A DNA stretch of 64,000 bases from Prochlorococcus sp. AG-402-K22 (GCA_003216755.1 QCIJ01000007.1:10190-74189); one strand, 5' to 3'; shown: positions 29,486 to 40,763, counted from the stretch's first letter. Numbers and translations: made by a program. Notes: a model not told the origin generated them from the sequence alone.

Positions 29486-30427
29486 ATGAATAATAATTTT
29501 GCAGAAAATATAAACTTTCCTAATTACTGGAATTGGAATGGTTTTAAAATTTGTTGGAGTGTTACAGGCGAAGATAATGAAATTCCAATTATTTTTCTCC
29601 ACGGATTTGGCGCCAATCGAAAACATTGGAGAAACAATTTAGATTATTTTGCGAAAAGGAATTGTGCCTCTTATTCTCTAGATTTAGTTGGTTTTGGAGA
29701 TTCAGATCAACCGGGGATAAGACAAATTGGAAGATTAAATAATGAGATTTGGTGTAATCAAGTGAGAGACTTTATTTCACAGGTGATAAGACCAAAGAAT
29801 TCGGGAAAGGTCATTCTTATTGGAAATTCCTTAGGTTCACTAGTTGCTTTAACATGCGCTGTTTCATTAGAGGACCAAATTGCAACAGTTATTGCATCGC
29901 CTCTGCCAGATCAAATTCAAGAAAATAAAAAGTCAATAACAAAAAAATCATTATTTAGAAAATTTAAAGATATGTTTATAAAAATATTTTTTATTTTTTT
30001 CCCTTTAGAGATTATTTTATTTTTCATAACCAGATTAGGGGTTATAAGACTTGGTCTAAATTCTGCATACTTTAAAAAAGATAATATTGATCGCGAACTA
30101 ATAGATTTAGTAACAAAACCAGTTTTAAGGAGAACTTCAGCTAGATCATTAAGAGCAATGTGTATTGGAATGTCTTCAAGAGATGAAAATTTACAAGCTT
30201 CTTACCTTTTGAGAAAACTTAGCGCCTCAAAAAAAGTTCCTTTTTTATTGATTTGGGGAGAAAAAGATAATTTCATACCTTTGTTTGTTGGTAAAAAGAT
30301 TGCAAATTTCCATAGATGGGTAAAATTAAAAATAGTATCCAATTCAGGGCATTGTATCCATGATGAAGACCCTTCAGTATTCAATAGAATTTCTTATGAA
30401 TGGATTAAAGATTTAAAAACCTTTTAA
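29486..30427 (+). CDS. Alpha/beta hydrolase
   Basis: HGFGA, GNSLG, GHCIHDE. Confidence 0.9.
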   Translation: MNNNFAENINFPNYWNWNGFKICWSVTGEDNEIPIIFLHGFGANRKHWRNNLDYFAKRNCASYSLDLVGFGDSDQPGIRQIGRLNNEIWCNQVRDFISQVIRPKNSGKVILIGNSLGSLVALTCAVSLEDQIATVIASPLPDQIQENKKSITKKSLFRKFKDMFIKIFFIFFPLEIILFFITRLGVIRLGLNSAYFKKDNIDRELIDLVTKPVLRRTSARSLRAMCIGMSSRDENLQASYLLRKLSASKKVPFLLIWGEKDNFIPLFVGKKIANFHRWVKLKIVSNSGHCIHDEDPSVFNRISYEWIKDLKTF

Positions 30428-30430
30428 AAT

Positions 30431-30955
30431 ATGAAACATACATTATCAGTTCTTGTAGAAGACGAATCTGGAGCTTTGAGTAGGATCTCAGGTCTCTTTG
30501 CTAGAAGGGGATTCAACATAGATAGCCTTGCAGTAGGACCTGCAGAATCTAAAGGGATTTCAAGGTTAACAATGGTAGTAGAAGGTGATGATGAAACTCT
30601 TCAACAAATGACTAAGCAACTTAATAAGTTATTTAATGTTCTGGGAGTTGTAGATTTTACTAATCTCGCAGCTGTTGAGAGGGAATTGATGTTACTAAAA
30701 GTTTCATCGAAAGAAGATACCAGGAGTAATATCCTTGATATAGTACAAATTTTCCGTGCAAAAGTTGTTGATGTATCAGATATGGCCTTAACTCTTGAGG
30801 TAGTTGGTGATCCTGGGAAGTTAGTTGCTTTAGAGAAATTACTCGAGCCATATGGCATCCTTGAAATAGCGAGGACTGGTAAGGTAGCTCTTAAACGCTC
30901 TTCAGGAGTTAATACAGAAATGTTAAAAATAAACAAATATTCTCTAGAAATTTAA
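30431..30955 (+). CDS. ilvN: Acetolactate synthase small subunit
   Basis: [27 protein letters not shown]. Confidence 0.96.
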   Translation: MKHTLSVLVEDESGALSRISGLFARRGFNIDSLAVGPAESKGISRLTMVVEGDDETLQQMTKQLNKLFNVLGVVDFTNLAAVERELMLLKVSSKEDTRSNILDIVQIFRAKVVDVSDMALTLEVVGDPGKLVALEKLLEPYGILEIARTGKVALKRSSGVNTEMLKINKYSLEI

Positions 30956-31563
30956 TTAGTTATCTGGACTGACTTTATGTAGTCTTCTTTATTGATTTTT
31001 TTGAGTACATCTAATCCTTTAATAATCTTTCCAAAAATAGAATATCTTCCATCTAATTCTGGGATATTACTTGTTACAAAAAAGAATTCAGTAGATGAAG
31101 ACATATTCTTACCGCTCTTAACCATAGCGATTGAACCACTCTCAAAAGTATTAACTAAATTTTCAGTTTCATCAGGATTTTTTATCTGATAGTTATATCT
31201 TGGTTTAATTTCTTCTTTGAATTTTATTTCTAGAGGTATTGATGGACTTATCTTATTTAGGTTTTGTTTTCGTTCAATATAAATTTTATTTTCTGGATTA
31301 ACACCACCATGTATAAATTTTACTTGGGGGTAATTTATTATTTTATAAAATTTTTGATTTACGTAAATATTATTGTCTATGTTTTCCAGAAAGTTTGATA
31401 CTGTTACTGGGTTATGTTTACCAAATAATTTGACCTCAAAATTACCTTTTGAAGTTTTGAAATTGACTACTTTATTAATCTGAATACAACTAAATTCAAG
31501 TCTTTTGCAGTAATAATTTGAATCAAACTGTTTTTTATAATTACAAGATTGCACCAAAAACAA
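30952..31563 (-). CDS. Cyclophilin-type peptidyl-prolyl isomerase-like protein
   Basis: [22 protein letters not shown]; start position uncertain. Confidence 0.85.
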   Translation of the reverse strand: MFLVQSCNYKKQFDSNYYCKRLEFSCIQINKVVNFKTSKGNFEVKLFGKHNPVTVSNFLENIDNNIYVNQKFYKIINYPQVKFIHGGVNPENKIYIERKQNLNKISPSIPLEIKFKEEIKPRYNYQIKNPDETENLVNTFESGSIAMVKSGKNMSSSTEFFFVTSNIPELDGRYSIFGKIIKGLDVLKKINKEDYIKSVQITN

Positions 31564-31604
31564 AATCTGTACAAAAGATAATGTTCTTAAAAAATATTTT
31601 TTTT

Positions 31605-32162
31605 TTATTTTAAGCCCTCCAAATTAACATCCAAAAATTTAGCCAGACGAGCTCCTTCTTCTTCAACTTGAAGAAGTGGTTTAAGTTCACCTGCTCCACT
31701 TAGAGGGAGAGGTTTTTTTCTACCTTTTAGTACTAAAGCGATTCTTCGTCTGGGATTAAATCCCTCACTTATATCCAACTTAACCGATTTAATTTCATCG
31801 AAATTTAATTTAACTTTAATAACTTTGAATAATCCTTTTCTTTTTATTTCAACAGATTTTGATGATTTATCAAAATAATTACTTCCTGAACCAAAGTTTA
31901 TATAAACTAAATACCACAAGTAAAAATTCAATAAATTGGCTATTACTCCATATGCTCCCATTATTATTCCTTGAGGGATAAACAATAAAGTTGAAGGATT
32001 TCCTAAAGGTAATAAATCCCTTCCTGTGTAGCTGGATATAGAGGCCAAAAGAAAACCAATACCCCCTATCGTTAGCATTCCTCCAATAATATAATTTGAA
32101 ATCTTTCTTGATCCACCAATTTTTTGTTCGATTTTATCGAAAGACGTGAGGTCTGAGTTCAT
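31605..32162 (-). CDS. ycf4: Photosystem I assembly protein Ycf4
   Basis: GSRKISNY, FIPQGIIM, LAKFLDVNLEG; divergent from psbD. Confidence 0.95.
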   Translation of the reverse strand: MNSDLTSFDKIEQKIGGSRKISNYIIGGMLTIGGIGFLLASISSYTGRDLLPLGNPSTLLFIPQGIIMGAYGVIANLLNFYLWYLVYINFGSGSNYFDKSSKSVEIKRKGLFKVIKVKLNFDEIKSVKLDISEGFNPRRRIALVLKGRKKPLPLSGAGELKPLLQVEEEGARLAKFLDVNLEGLK

Positions 32163-32344
32163 TTTTATCTTTTTTTAGAGCCTAATTCAAATAATTTAAC
32201 AAACTAAGGGAGTATTCTTACCTAATTTTTAATAAAAAAGTCAGGAAAGCTTTACAAGGCATTTCAGATATACAAATATTTCCCCACATTACTCTCAATC
32301 TTTGTTACAGTCACTGCGTATCCCGAAGCTAAAAACGATTTCTC

Positions 32345-33421
32345 ATGACGATCGCAGTTGGTAGCGCCCCACAAAGAGGATGGTTTGATGTCCTCGATGA
32401 TTGGTTGAAGCGCGACCGCTTTGTATTTATTGGTTGGTCTGGACTACTTCTACTTCCTTGTGCATACCTTGCTATAGGTGGTTGGTTTGTCGGAACAACA
32501 TTTGTTACCTCTTGGTACACACACGGAGTTGCAAGCTCATACCTTGAAGGTTGTAACTTTTTAACAGCAGCTGTAAGTACCCCTGGTGATGCCATGGGAC
32601 ACAGTCTTCTATTTTTATGGGGTCCTGAAGCCCAAGGTAGTTTCGTAAGATGGCTACAACTTGGTGGTCTTTGGAACTTCGTTGCATTACATGGAGTATT
32701 TGGCCTAATTGGTTTTATGCTTCGTCAGTTTGAAATTGCTGGCCTTGTAGGAATTAGACCATACAACGCACTAGCTTTTTCAGCAGTGATTGCAGTATTC
32801 ACAAGTATTTTCCTTATTTACCCTTTAGGACAGCATAGTTGGTTCTTCGCACCTTCATTTGGTGTTGCAGCAATCTTCCGTTACATCCTGTTCATTCAAG
32901 GTTTTCACAATATCACTTTAAATCCATTCCATATGATGGGAGTTGCTGGAATTCTTGGTGGTGCTCTACTTTGCGCTATTCATGGAGCTACAGTACAAAA
33001 TACTTTGTATGAAGATACAAGTATCTATACAGATGGTAAGGTTCAAAGTTCAACATTTAGAGCTTTTGATCCAACTCAAGAAGAAGAAACTTATTCAATG
33101 ATTACAGCGAATAGATTCTGGAGTCAAATCTTCGGTATTGCTTTTTCAAACAAGCGTTTCTTACATTTCTTGATGTTATTTGTACCTGTTATGGGTATGT
33201 GGACATCTTCAATCGGTATTGTCGGACTAGCACTAAACTTAAGAGCTTATGATTTCGTAAGTCAAGAAATCCGTGCAGCAGAAGATCCAGAATTTGAAAC
33301 TTTCTATACAAAAAATATACTTTTGAACGAAGGTATGCGAGCATGGATGTCTTCTGTGGATCAACCACACGAAAACTTTGTATTCCCTGAGGAGGTTCTT
33401 CCACGTGGAAACGCCCTTTAA
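32345..33421 (+). CDS. psbD: Photosystem II D2 protein
   Basis: [27 protein letters not shown]. Confidence 0.99.
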   Translation: MTIAVGSAPQRGWFDVLDDWLKRDRFVFIGWSGLLLLPCAYLAIGGWFVGTTFVTSWYTHGVASSYLEGCNFLTAAVSTPGDAMGHSLLFLWGPEAQGSFVRWLQLGGLWNFVALHGVFGLIGFMLRQFEIAGLVGIRPYNALAFSAVIAVFTSIFLIYPLGQHSWFFAPSFGVAAIFRYILFIQGFHNITLNPFHMMGVAGILGGALLCAIHGATVQNTLYEDTSIYTDGKVQSSTFRAFDPTQEEETYSMITANRFWSQIFGIAFSNKRFLHFLMLFVPVMGMWTSSIGIVGLALNLRAYDFVSQEIRAAEDPEFETFYTKNILLNEGMRAWMSSVDQPHENFVFPEEVLPRGNAL

Positions 33422-34787
33422 TAATTTATTAAGAGCTCCAAACCAAAGTATTGAGGAAACTGGTTACGCCTGGTATGTAGGCAATGCTAGATTAATCAAT
33501 TTATCTGGACGTTTATTAGGAGCTCACATTGCTCACTCTGGACTAATAGTCTTTTGGGCGGGAGCAATGATGCTCTTTGAGGTTAATCACTTTACTTTTG
33601 ATAAACCAATGTGGGAGCAAGGTTTAATCTGTATGCCACACGTCGCAATGTTTGGTTATGGAATAGGCCCTGGTGGTGAAGTTACTGATATCATGCCTTT
33701 CTTCCAGGCAGGCGTGGTTCATTTGATAGCTTCTGCTGTTCTTGGTTTTGGTGGTATTTACCATTCATTAGCAGGTCCAGAAAAACTAGAAGAAGATTTT
33801 CCATTTTTCTCTACTGATTGGAGAGATAAAAATCAAATGACAAACATCCTTGGATATCATTTGATTGTTTTAGGTGTAGGTGCACTAGCATGGTCAGTTA
33901 ACTGGTGTTTTATTGGCGGTGCATATGACACATGGGCACCTGGAGGTGGTGAAGTCAGACTTGTTAATCCAACTTTAGATCCAAGAGTTATTCTTGGTTA
34001 TTTATTTAGATCTCCATGGGGAGGAGCTGGTTCAATAATCGGTGTTAACTCTATTGAAGATATTGTTGGTGGTCATGTTTATGTGGGTATTACTGCAATC
34101 ATTGGAGGAATATTCCATATCTTTACCAAACCTTTTGGATGGGCAAGAAGAGCTTTCATTTGGAACGGTGAAGGTTTATTAAGTTACGCTCTTGGTGGAA
34201 TTTGTGTAGCAAGTTTTATTGCTTCAACATTCATCTGGTTTAACAATACTGCTTACCCTTCCGAATTTTATGGCCCAACAAATGCTGAAGCCTCACAGGC
34301 CCAAAGCTTTACTTTCCTTGTGAGAGATCAAAGAATTGGAGCTAACGTAGGTTCAACAATGGGACCAACAGGTTTAGGTAAGTACCTCATGAGATCTCCT
34401 ACTGGTGAAATTATATTTGGTGGTGAAACAATGAGATTTTGGGATTTCAGAGGTCCATGGTTAGAGCCTTTAAGAGGACCTAACGGATTAAGCCTTGAGA
34501 AAATCCAAAATGATATTCAGCCTTGGCAAGTAAGAAGAGCTGCTGAATATATGACTCATGCTCCTAACGCTTCTATTAACTCTGTTGGTGGAATCATTAC
34601 TGAGCCTAATGCTGTTAACTTTGTTAACTTAAGACAATGGTTAGCTGCAGCTCAATTCTTCCTAGGATGGTTTACATTTATCGGCCACCTATGGCATGCT
34701 GGACGTGCCAGAGCGGCCGCTGCTGGTTTCGAAAAAGGAATCGACAGAAAAAGTGAACCAGCTCTAGAAATGCCTGATTTAGATTAA
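33405..34787 (+). CDS. psbC: Photosystem II CP43 protein
   Basis: GTG start at 33405 with GGAGG upstream, overlapping psbD; [19 protein letters not shown]. Confidence 0.98.
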   Translation: METPFNNLLRAPNQSIEETGYAWYVGNARLINLSGRLLGAHIAHSGLIVFWAGAMMLFEVNHFTFDKPMWEQGLICMPHVAMFGYGIGPGGEVTDIMPFFQAGVVHLIASAVLGFGGIYHSLAGPEKLEEDFPFFSTDWRDKNQMTNILGYHLIVLGVGALAWSVNWCFIGGAYDTWAPGGGEVRLVNPTLDPRVILGYLFRSPWGGAGSIIGVNSIEDIVGGHVYVGITAIIGGIFHIFTKPFGWARRAFIWNGEGLLSYALGGICVASFIASTFIWFNNTAYPSEFYGPTNAEASQAQSFTFLVRDQRIGANVGSTMGPTGLGKYLMRSPTGEIIFGGETMRFWDFRGPWLEPLRGPNGLSLEKIQNDIQPWQVRRAAEYMTHAPNASINSVGGIITEPNAVNFVNLRQWLAAAQFFLGWFTFIGHLWHAGRARAAAAGFEKGIDRKSEPALEMPDLD

Positions 34788-34801
34788 TTTCTATCTCATC
34801 T

Positions 34802-34836
34802 AAAAAAATCCCTATCCTTGGATAGGGTTTTTTTTT
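34802..34836. terminator. Intrinsic (likely bidirectional) terminator between psbC and maf
   Basis: AAAAAAT CCCTATCC TT GGATAGGG followed by a T-tract. Confidence 0.85.
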
Positions 34837-34846
34837 CTCAATTTTA

Positions 34847-35485
34847 TTATCTATATAAATTTTCTCTGAGCCATGGCAAACTTAAACCCATTACATTACT
34901 GAAACAACCCTCTATTTTTTCTATATATTTACCTCCTATTCCTTCCAAGGCAAATCCTCCTGCGCAATATAAAGGTTCATTCGTATCTACATAACTCTTG
35001 ATTTCCCAATCTTCCAAATTAGAAAAATAAACTCTTGAACTTACTGTTTTTTTTATTATTTCAGTGATTTTAAAAATTTTGGAAGTTGAATCAAAATTCC
35101 CAATTATTAGAGTATGACCAGTATGTAAAAATCCAAATTCTCCAGACATTTTTTTCCATCTAATAAATGCCTCCTCTTTATTAGATGGTTTTCCATAAGC
35201 TTCTCCTTTAAATTCAAAAATTGAATCGCACCCAAGTATTTCCAAAGGACCATAATTAAATTCTTCGGGCAATGATATTTTTTGAATATTTTCAGATAAA
35301 CTATTAGCCTTTTGAAAAGATAATTCCAAAGCTAATTTGTATATATTTTTTTCTTTTATTAAAGACTCATCAAAATTACTTGAAATTTGGAGAAACTTAA
35401 TTTGACAATTTTCTAGTAATTTCTTTCTAGATTGAGAAGCAGAGGCTAGAATTAACACAAATTTTTTTACCAAATTATAATTCAA
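34847..35485 (-). CDS. maf: Maf nucleotide pyrophosphatase
   Basis: [21 protein letters not shown]; GTG at 35458 is the likely true start. Confidence 0.93.
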   Translation of the reverse strand: MNYNLVKKFVLILASASQSRKKLLENCQIKFLQISSNFDESLIKEKNIYKLALELSFQKANSLSENIQKISLPEEFNYGPLEILGCDSIFEFKGEAYGKPSNKEEAFIRWKKMSGEFGFLHTGHTLIIGNFDSTSKIFKITEIIKKTVSSRVYFSNLEDWEIKSYVDTNEPLYCAGGFALEGIGGKYIEKIEGCFSNVMGLSLPWLRENLYR

Positions 35486-35525
35486 TTTAATAATTAAATA
35501 ATTTTAAAATTAATATAAATTACTA

Positions 35526-37055
35526 ATGGAGTTAGAAGCAAAATTACATAAAATAAAGAAACCAATAATGGTCCTAGGCACTTCTAGTGCAGCAGGGAAA
35601 TCGTTAACAGTTACTGCTATTTGCAGGATTCTTAAAAATTTAGGTGAAGAACCAATACCTTTTAAAGGACAAAATATGAGTAACAACGCTTGGGTTGATT
35701 GGGAAGGTGGAGAGATGGCATATTCACAAGCACTTCAAGCTTTTGCTTGTGGTATTAATCCCTCTGCAGAGATGAATCCCATTTTATTAAAACCACAAGG
35801 AAACTCAGTAAGCGAGGTTATTCACCTTGGCAAAAGCATAGGGACCACAACCGCACAAAATTACTATAAAGATTGGTTTATTCCAGGCTGGGAAGTAATT
35901 AAAAAAAGTTTAAATTCTATTTACGAACGGAATCCGAATTGCCGCTTAATTATCGAAGGGGCTGGCAGTCCAGTAGAAATGAATTTAATTCATAGGGATC
36001 TCACTAATTTAAGAGTTGCTAAGTATTTAAATGCAAATTGCATTTTGGTTACTGATATTGAAAGAGGGGGTGTATTTGCACAAATAATTGGAACCCTTGA
36101 ATTAATGAAACCAGAAGAAAAAAAACTTATTAAAGGAATAATTGTAAATAGATTCAGAGGAGACCTTTCATTATTTAAAGAAGGGAAAAAGTGGATAGAA
36201 AGTAAAACTAAAATTCCTGTCATTGGAATTATTCCATGGCTAAATGATACATTTCCTCCAGAAGATTCACTAGATTTATTAGAAAAAAAATCTCGTTACA
36301 CAAATCCTGAGATAAAAGTAGGAATTATAAAATTACCATCTATAAGTAACTTTTCAGATTTTGATCCGCTAGAAAATGAAGAATCTATATTTATTGAATG
36401 GGTGAGTGAAGCCCAAAACTTAAATAAGTTTGATTTTATTATCCTTCCTGGAAGTAAACAAACAATTAAAGATCAAATTTTTCTTGATGAATGTGGATTA
36501 TCTCAAAATATAAAAGAATATTCAAAAAAAAAGGGGAATATTATTGGCATATGTGGAGGTTTACAAATGTTAGGGACATCACTTGAAGATCCTTTTTTTA
36601 AAGAGGGATCTAAAATTTACTCAGAACAAATAATTAGAGGTATTGGATTATTGCCAATAAAAACTAATTTCTTTGAAAACAAATTAACAAGACAAATCAG
36701 CTCTGAATCTTTATGGCCATGCCAATCAAAAATAAATGGATTTGAAATTCATAATGGCCATACCGAATTGGATAACACTCAAAATACATTAAAGATTAAA
36801 CCTATCTTTAAGGACTTCAATCTAGGATGGTATAAAGAAAATCAAGAAGGTGGAACTATTGCAGGCACATATATTCACGGGATCTTTGAAAACGACATAT
36901 GGAGAGATCAATATATAAATTTGATAAGGAAAAGTAAAAATTTACCAATATCAAATATAAAATCAATATCTTATAAATTAAAAAGAGAATCAATAATTAA
37001 TAATCTTGCCAACGAATTCGATAAGCATTTAAACATCACATCACTTCTAAATTGA
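35526..37055 (+). CDS. cobQ: Cobyric acid synthase
   Basis: GTSSAAGKS, FKGQNMSNN, GICGGLQMLG, GTYIHGIF. Confidence 0.96.
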   Translation: MELEAKLHKIKKPIMVLGTSSAAGKSLTVTAICRILKNLGEEPIPFKGQNMSNNAWVDWEGGEMAYSQALQAFACGINPSAEMNPILLKPQGNSVSEVIHLGKSIGTTTAQNYYKDWFIPGWEVIKKSLNSIYERNPNCRLIIEGAGSPVEMNLIHRDLTNLRVAKYLNANCILVTDIERGGVFAQIIGTLELMKPEEKKLIKGIIVNRFRGDLSLFKEGKKWIESKTKIPVIGIIPWLNDTFPPEDSLDLLEKKSRYTNPEIKVGIIKLPSISNFSDFDPLENEESIFIEWVSEAQNLNKFDFIILPGSKQTIKDQIFLDECGLSQNIKEYSKKKGNIIGICGGLQMLGTSLEDPFFKEGSKIYSEQIIRGIGLLPIKTNFFENKLTRQISSESLWPCQSKINGFEIHNGHTELDNTQNTLKIKPIFKDFNLGWYKENQEGGTIAGTYIHGIFENDIWRDQYINLIRKSKNLPISNIKSISYKLKRESIINNLANEFDKHLNITSLLN

Positions 37056-37303
37056 AAGAAAAAAGAATTAAAATTAGGTGGTCAAATAATTTTGAGACAT
37101 ATGCTTCGGTTGGAGATGATTGGTTCTTTGCTGCAGAAAAAGCAGGTTTAGAAATCCCAACTGGCTGTTTGACAGGAAGTTGTGGCGCCTGTGAAATAGA
37201 TGTTAATGGTGAAACAGTGAGGGCTTGTATGAGTAATATCAAAGGCAATAAACAATGTATATTAAACGTTTCTTTAACTACAGACCCCTTTTGGGAAATT
37301 TAA
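37052..37303 (+). CDS. Plant-type [2Fe-2S] ferredoxin-like protein
   Basis: GCLTGSCGAC..RAC. Confidence 0.88.
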   Translation: MKEKRIKIRWSNNFETYASVGDDWFFAAEKAGLEIPTGCLTGSCGACEIDVNGETVRACMSNIKGNKQCILNVSLTTDPFWEI

Positions 37304-37807
37304 CTGTTTTCTTTTTAAATAGAAAAAAAATATTTTTTACCAATATTCCGAATTGAATCTTACCCTCAAAACTTCATATGAATTAGATATGAATTAGATA
37401 TTAATTTGCATAATCCGAAATTACTAAAAGTAATAACAAAATTTGAAGATTACTATAAATTCTCAAATATGGCATATAATTTTGTTTTGGCACTTGAGGA
37501 CTTTCTCAATAGATAAATCGTAAATTGAAAATATCTCTACACGTCGATTACTTAAATGGGAACAAAGGGAGTTGATAACAAGTCATTTGCTTTCTATTTA
37601 GTAGGTGACACATTATCTGTTATTTCTACACATAATTTTTGATACTTTGAGTCTCAATTTTCCACTTTCATGAATATAAATAAATGTTTTTAATTTTTCT
37701 AAAATGAAGGAGGAATCACCAAATCGAACAATAAATTAAAGTAATAATAGATTTTATCAGCAGAGGAAGTGTAATTCATAGTTAATAGTTTTGAAATGTA
37801 GTAGTTA

Positions 37808-37853
37808 CTGAGAGGGTGTAAGTCGATTTACCTCTGTCAGACACTGCCAGACA
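37808..37853. repeat. Degenerate second copy of the tRNA-Ser 3' end plus a 10-bp tandem repeat (older att scar)
   Basis: CTGAGAGGGTGTAAGTCGA matches CGGAGAGGGTGGGATTCGA at 15/19; CTGTCAGACA CTGCCAGACA at 37834-37853. Confidence 0.55.
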
Positions 37854-37902
37854 CCAAAAATAATCCGGAGAGGGTGGGATTCACTTTCAATATACATAGG
37901 CC

Positions 37903-38002
37903 GATACTGGACTATTTAGGACTTATTTTTGAGTGTTTAAGGGAATATCCACCAACACATCCACCAACACCAAAAACTTGCCTATATTGGACGATATTGG
38001 AT
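37903..38002 (+). repeat. Arm-like repeats, distal end
   Basis: ATCCACCAACAC twice (37947-37970); 10-bp units GATACTGGAC 37903, TATTTAGGAC 37913, TATATTGGAC 37983, GATATTGGAT 37993. Confidence 0.8.
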
Positions 38003-38081
38003 CTTCTTTATTTGCATTAAATTACAATTATTTTTTGATATTTTTTTTTACTAATAGAATTGTTAAAAATATTTTATAAAG

Positions 38082-38969
38082 ATGAAAAAACTTTATTCAT
38101 TTATAGTTTCATTATTGGTAATACCATTTTCTGCAAACATAGGATTAGGTTCTTTATATTTTTATAGTGAAATTGCACTTTTCACTAAAGAAGCGAAAGC
38201 AACAAACTGGAATGCTTTTAATCTTAATTTTAAAAAAGGTAATAAATATCTTAATAGTGGAGAATATCAAAAGGCACTTGATGCTTACAACAAAGTAATT
38301 AAAATTTATGCACTTGATGGACCTAGTTTCTATAACAGAGGGACAGCATATTTAGGATTAGGGAAATACGATGAAGCAATTAAAGATTTTTTAAAGTCAA
38401 TCAAATACGATAATGAGAAAGGAAACCAATTTGCATACAATAATATTTCAGTTGCATATGACAATCTTGGCGATTACAAAAATGCTCTTAAATATATTAA
38501 TTTAGCAATAGATGCATACCCTAAAAGTGGACTTTATTTTCAAAATCGTGGTTACTATAATTTAGAGTTAGAAAATTATAAAGAAGCAGAAAAAGATTAT
38601 AAAAAAGCAAAAGAAGTTTATTTAAAAAATAAAAGCACAAGAATGTATGCAGATTGTCCAAAAGTTAAAAACCTTGAGCATTGCAAATTGGATTCTTGGT
38701 TCTATAACGGTTTAGGTGTCGCGAAAGAAAACCTAGGAGATTTTAGAGGAGCATTGGTTAATTACGATAAAGCAATAGAAATAAATTATCCAAATCCAAA
38801 TGAAGAAAAATTTATCATCTTCAATAATCGGGGAAATACAAGATATGAATTAGGTGATGAGAAGGGTGCTTGTAAAGATTACAAGTTTGCTGCATCAATA
38901 GGTGACGCGGAAGGAGTTGAGTGGTTGAAATCAAAGGATGGTAAATGGTGCGGAGAAATGGAATTTTAA
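38082..38969 (+). CDS. Exported tetratricopeptide-repeat protein
   Basis: N-terminal hydrophobic segment; repeated YNRG..LG.Y..AI.D TPR units; C-terminal GACKDYKFAA. Confidence 0.9.
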   Translation: MKKLYSFIVSLLVIPFSANIGLGSLYFYSEIALFTKEAKATNWNAFNLNFKKGNKYLNSGEYQKALDAYNKVIKIYALDGPSFYNRGTAYLGLGKYDEAIKDFLKSIKYDNEKGNQFAYNNISVAYDNLGDYKNALKYINLAIDAYPKSGLYFQNRGYYNLELENYKEAEKDYKKAKEVYLKNKSTRMYADCPKVKNLEHCKLDSWFYNGLGVAKENLGDFRGALVNYDKAIEINYPNPNEEKFIIFNNRGNTRYELGDEKGACKDYKFAASIGDAEGVEWLKSKDGKWCGEMEF

Positions 38970-38986
38970 AACATAAAAAAAGATCT

Positions 38987-39023
38987 ATCCACCAACACAC
39001 AAACTTGCAGATACTGGACGATA
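38987..39023 (+). repeat. Internal copy of the arm block between the two cargo genes
   Basis: ATCCACCAACACACAAACTTGCAGATACTGGACGATA aligns with 37959-37996 at about 33/38 positions. Confidence 0.8.
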
Positions 39024-39108
39024 ATCCTAAAAAATAAATTTTATGGATTATCTATCAAATATGAATTACTAAGAATTAGCAAGTCTAATTTTTTAAAGTA
39101 ATTAACAG

Positions 39109-40494
39109 TTAATTATTTTTCCAATCGCCAATGTATTTTCCATTTTTCCATTCAACAAATACCCGCTTCCCATTCGGATAAATATATTCAACCTTTCCAT
39201 CTGGATTATCATTTTTCCAATTCCCAATATGTTTCCCTCCATCTGAATATGTATGCATTCCTTTCCCATGCCTTTTGCCATTTTCCCATTCTCCATCATA
39301 TTTTTCTCCATCTGGGAGGATGCCAACACCCTTTCCATGACGAATTCCATTTTTAAAGTTTCCAATAAATTTTGCTCCATTCGCCATAATTAGTTTTCCT
39401 TCTCCGTGATAATAACCATCTTTCCAATTCCCAATATACTTAGTGCCATTAAAAAAAATAAATGTGCCTTTACCATTTTTTCTACCATTTTTAAAGTTTC
39501 CAATATACTTATCTCCATTAGGATGCGTAGAAGTACCTTCTCCATTTGGTAACCCATCCAAATATTTACCAACATGTTTCTCCCCATTTGACCATATTGT
39601 TTTGCCTTCTCCATTACTTCTATTATTCTTAAATTCACCTGTATAGGTTTCTCCATTTTGTAAAGATTTGCGAGTACCCTTTCCTTGAAATTTATTATTT
39701 TCAAAATCACCAACATAAGTTCTACCATCAGGGAAGGTCATTTTTCCCTTGCCATGCGCTTTATCATTTTCCCAATCCCCCTTATAAATTATTCCATCTT
39801 CCCAATAAAAAATACCTTTCCCCTGTTTCAATCCATTATTCATTTCACCAATATATTTGTTGCCGTTTGCATGTAAATACTCTCCTTCACCATGCGGCAT
39901 ATTATTGTGCCATTCCCCTTTGTATTGATCACCATTTGAGAAAATATGGGTTTTTTCTTTATTATTCTGATCATCATTTTTTTTAACAAAACTTTCGTTA
40001 TTAGAGTTGTCATATAAACCCTTCCTTAAAGCAATTACTTCTCTTTTTGGAGGATAATCGTCTATTTGAGAATAAACAACTAAAGCGTCCCCCTCTATAA
40101 AAGTCTCATAAGTGTATTTAGTATCTTCTGAAAGACAATATGCTCCTCCTGCACCTAACATGAACAATTCAGCACATCCTGGCGCTTGCCCAAAAGTTTT
40201 AACTCTATAACCTAATCTATAATTTGATTTTATCCATGAGGTACCATTTCTAATGGAGTAATATATGTATCCTTGATCTGCAATATAGTAGTAAGATTTC
40301 CTTTCTGAATTATAAAATTGGGCATTTTCAATAGACCTATTTTCATAAGATTTAAATTGATCTTTTAAACTTTCTTCTGATCGGTATGGGTCTTTTAAAC
40401 TATCTGCATACAATTTATTTTGATTTAAATTAGGGTAAAGTCCACTCAAAATTAAACCAAAAAATATAATATTTATAAAATTAAAACTTCTCAA
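39109..40494 (-). CDS. Exported MORN-repeat protein
   Basis: Signal-like N-terminus, unique ~170-aa domain, about 11-12 units of GxxYxGxWxNxxxHGxG. Confidence 0.92.
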   Translation of the reverse strand: MRSFNFINIIFFGLILSGLYPNLNQNKLYADSLKDPYRSEESLKDQFKSYENRSIENAQFYNSERKSYYYIADQGYIYYSIRNGTSWIKSNYRLGYRVKTFGQAPGCAELFMLGAGGAYCLSEDTKYTYETFIEGDALVVYSQIDDYPPKREVIALRKGLYDNSNNESFVKKNDDQNNKEKTHIFSNGDQYKGEWHNNMPHGEGEYLHANGNKYIGEMNNGLKQGKGIFYWEDGIIYKGDWENDKAHGKGKMTFPDGRTYVGDFENNKFQGKGTRKSLQNGETYTGEFKNNRSNGEGKTIWSNGEKHVGKYLDGLPNGEGTSTHPNGDKYIGNFKNGRKNGKGTFIFFNGTKYIGNWKDGYYHGEGKLIMANGAKFIGNFKNGIRHGKGVGILPDGEKYDGEWENGKRHGKGMHTYSDGGKHIGNWKNDNPDGKVEYIYPNGKRVFVEWKNGKYIGDWKNN

Positions 40495-40608
40495 GAGGTT
40501 ATAAAAATATTATTGAAACATCCTAAAGAAATTCATAAAATTGATCAAGTATCAAAATTTGTAGTTTAGTTAAAGTTTAATAAATTTAAGAGTTTTCTTG
40601 AAAATATT

Positions 40609-40692
40609 TTCCATCAACATATAAAAAATATCCACCAACATATCCACCAACACATTCATGCATATACTGGTAAATGTTGGATTATATAGGAC
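40609..40692 (+). repeat. Arm-like repeats, tRNA-proximal end
   Basis: TTCCATCAACAT 40609, ATCCACCAACAT 40630, ATCCACCAACAC 40642; 10-bp units TATACTGGTA 40663, AATGTTGGAT 40673, TATATAGGAC 40683. Confidence 0.8.
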
Positions 40693-40763
40693 AAACTACT
40701 TCTCTAAAATCCTATTTTGACTACATTTTTGCCAACATAGCACTTCACAGGAAGATAATTACA

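Noticed and set aside
33010-33060. Extra residues in D2 ([17 protein letters not shown])
   Set aside because: Known Prochlorococcus D2 loop insertion, not novel
33378-33404. ORF-track TTG start for psbC
   Set aside because: The conserved GTG at 33405 with a GGAGG Shine-Dalgarno is the established start
37376-37397. ATATGAATTAG tandem duplication
   Set aside because: Low-complexity slippage-type repeat with no counterpart noticed elsewhere
37304-37800. Possible pseudogene in the long spacer after the ferredoxin
   Set aside because: Only short broken frames with no recognisable motif; cannot be supported without a search
37947-40653. ATCCACCAACAC repeats as a CRISPR array
   Set aside because: Only 12 bp, arranged as adjacent pairs or separated by whole genes; no regular spacers and no cas genes
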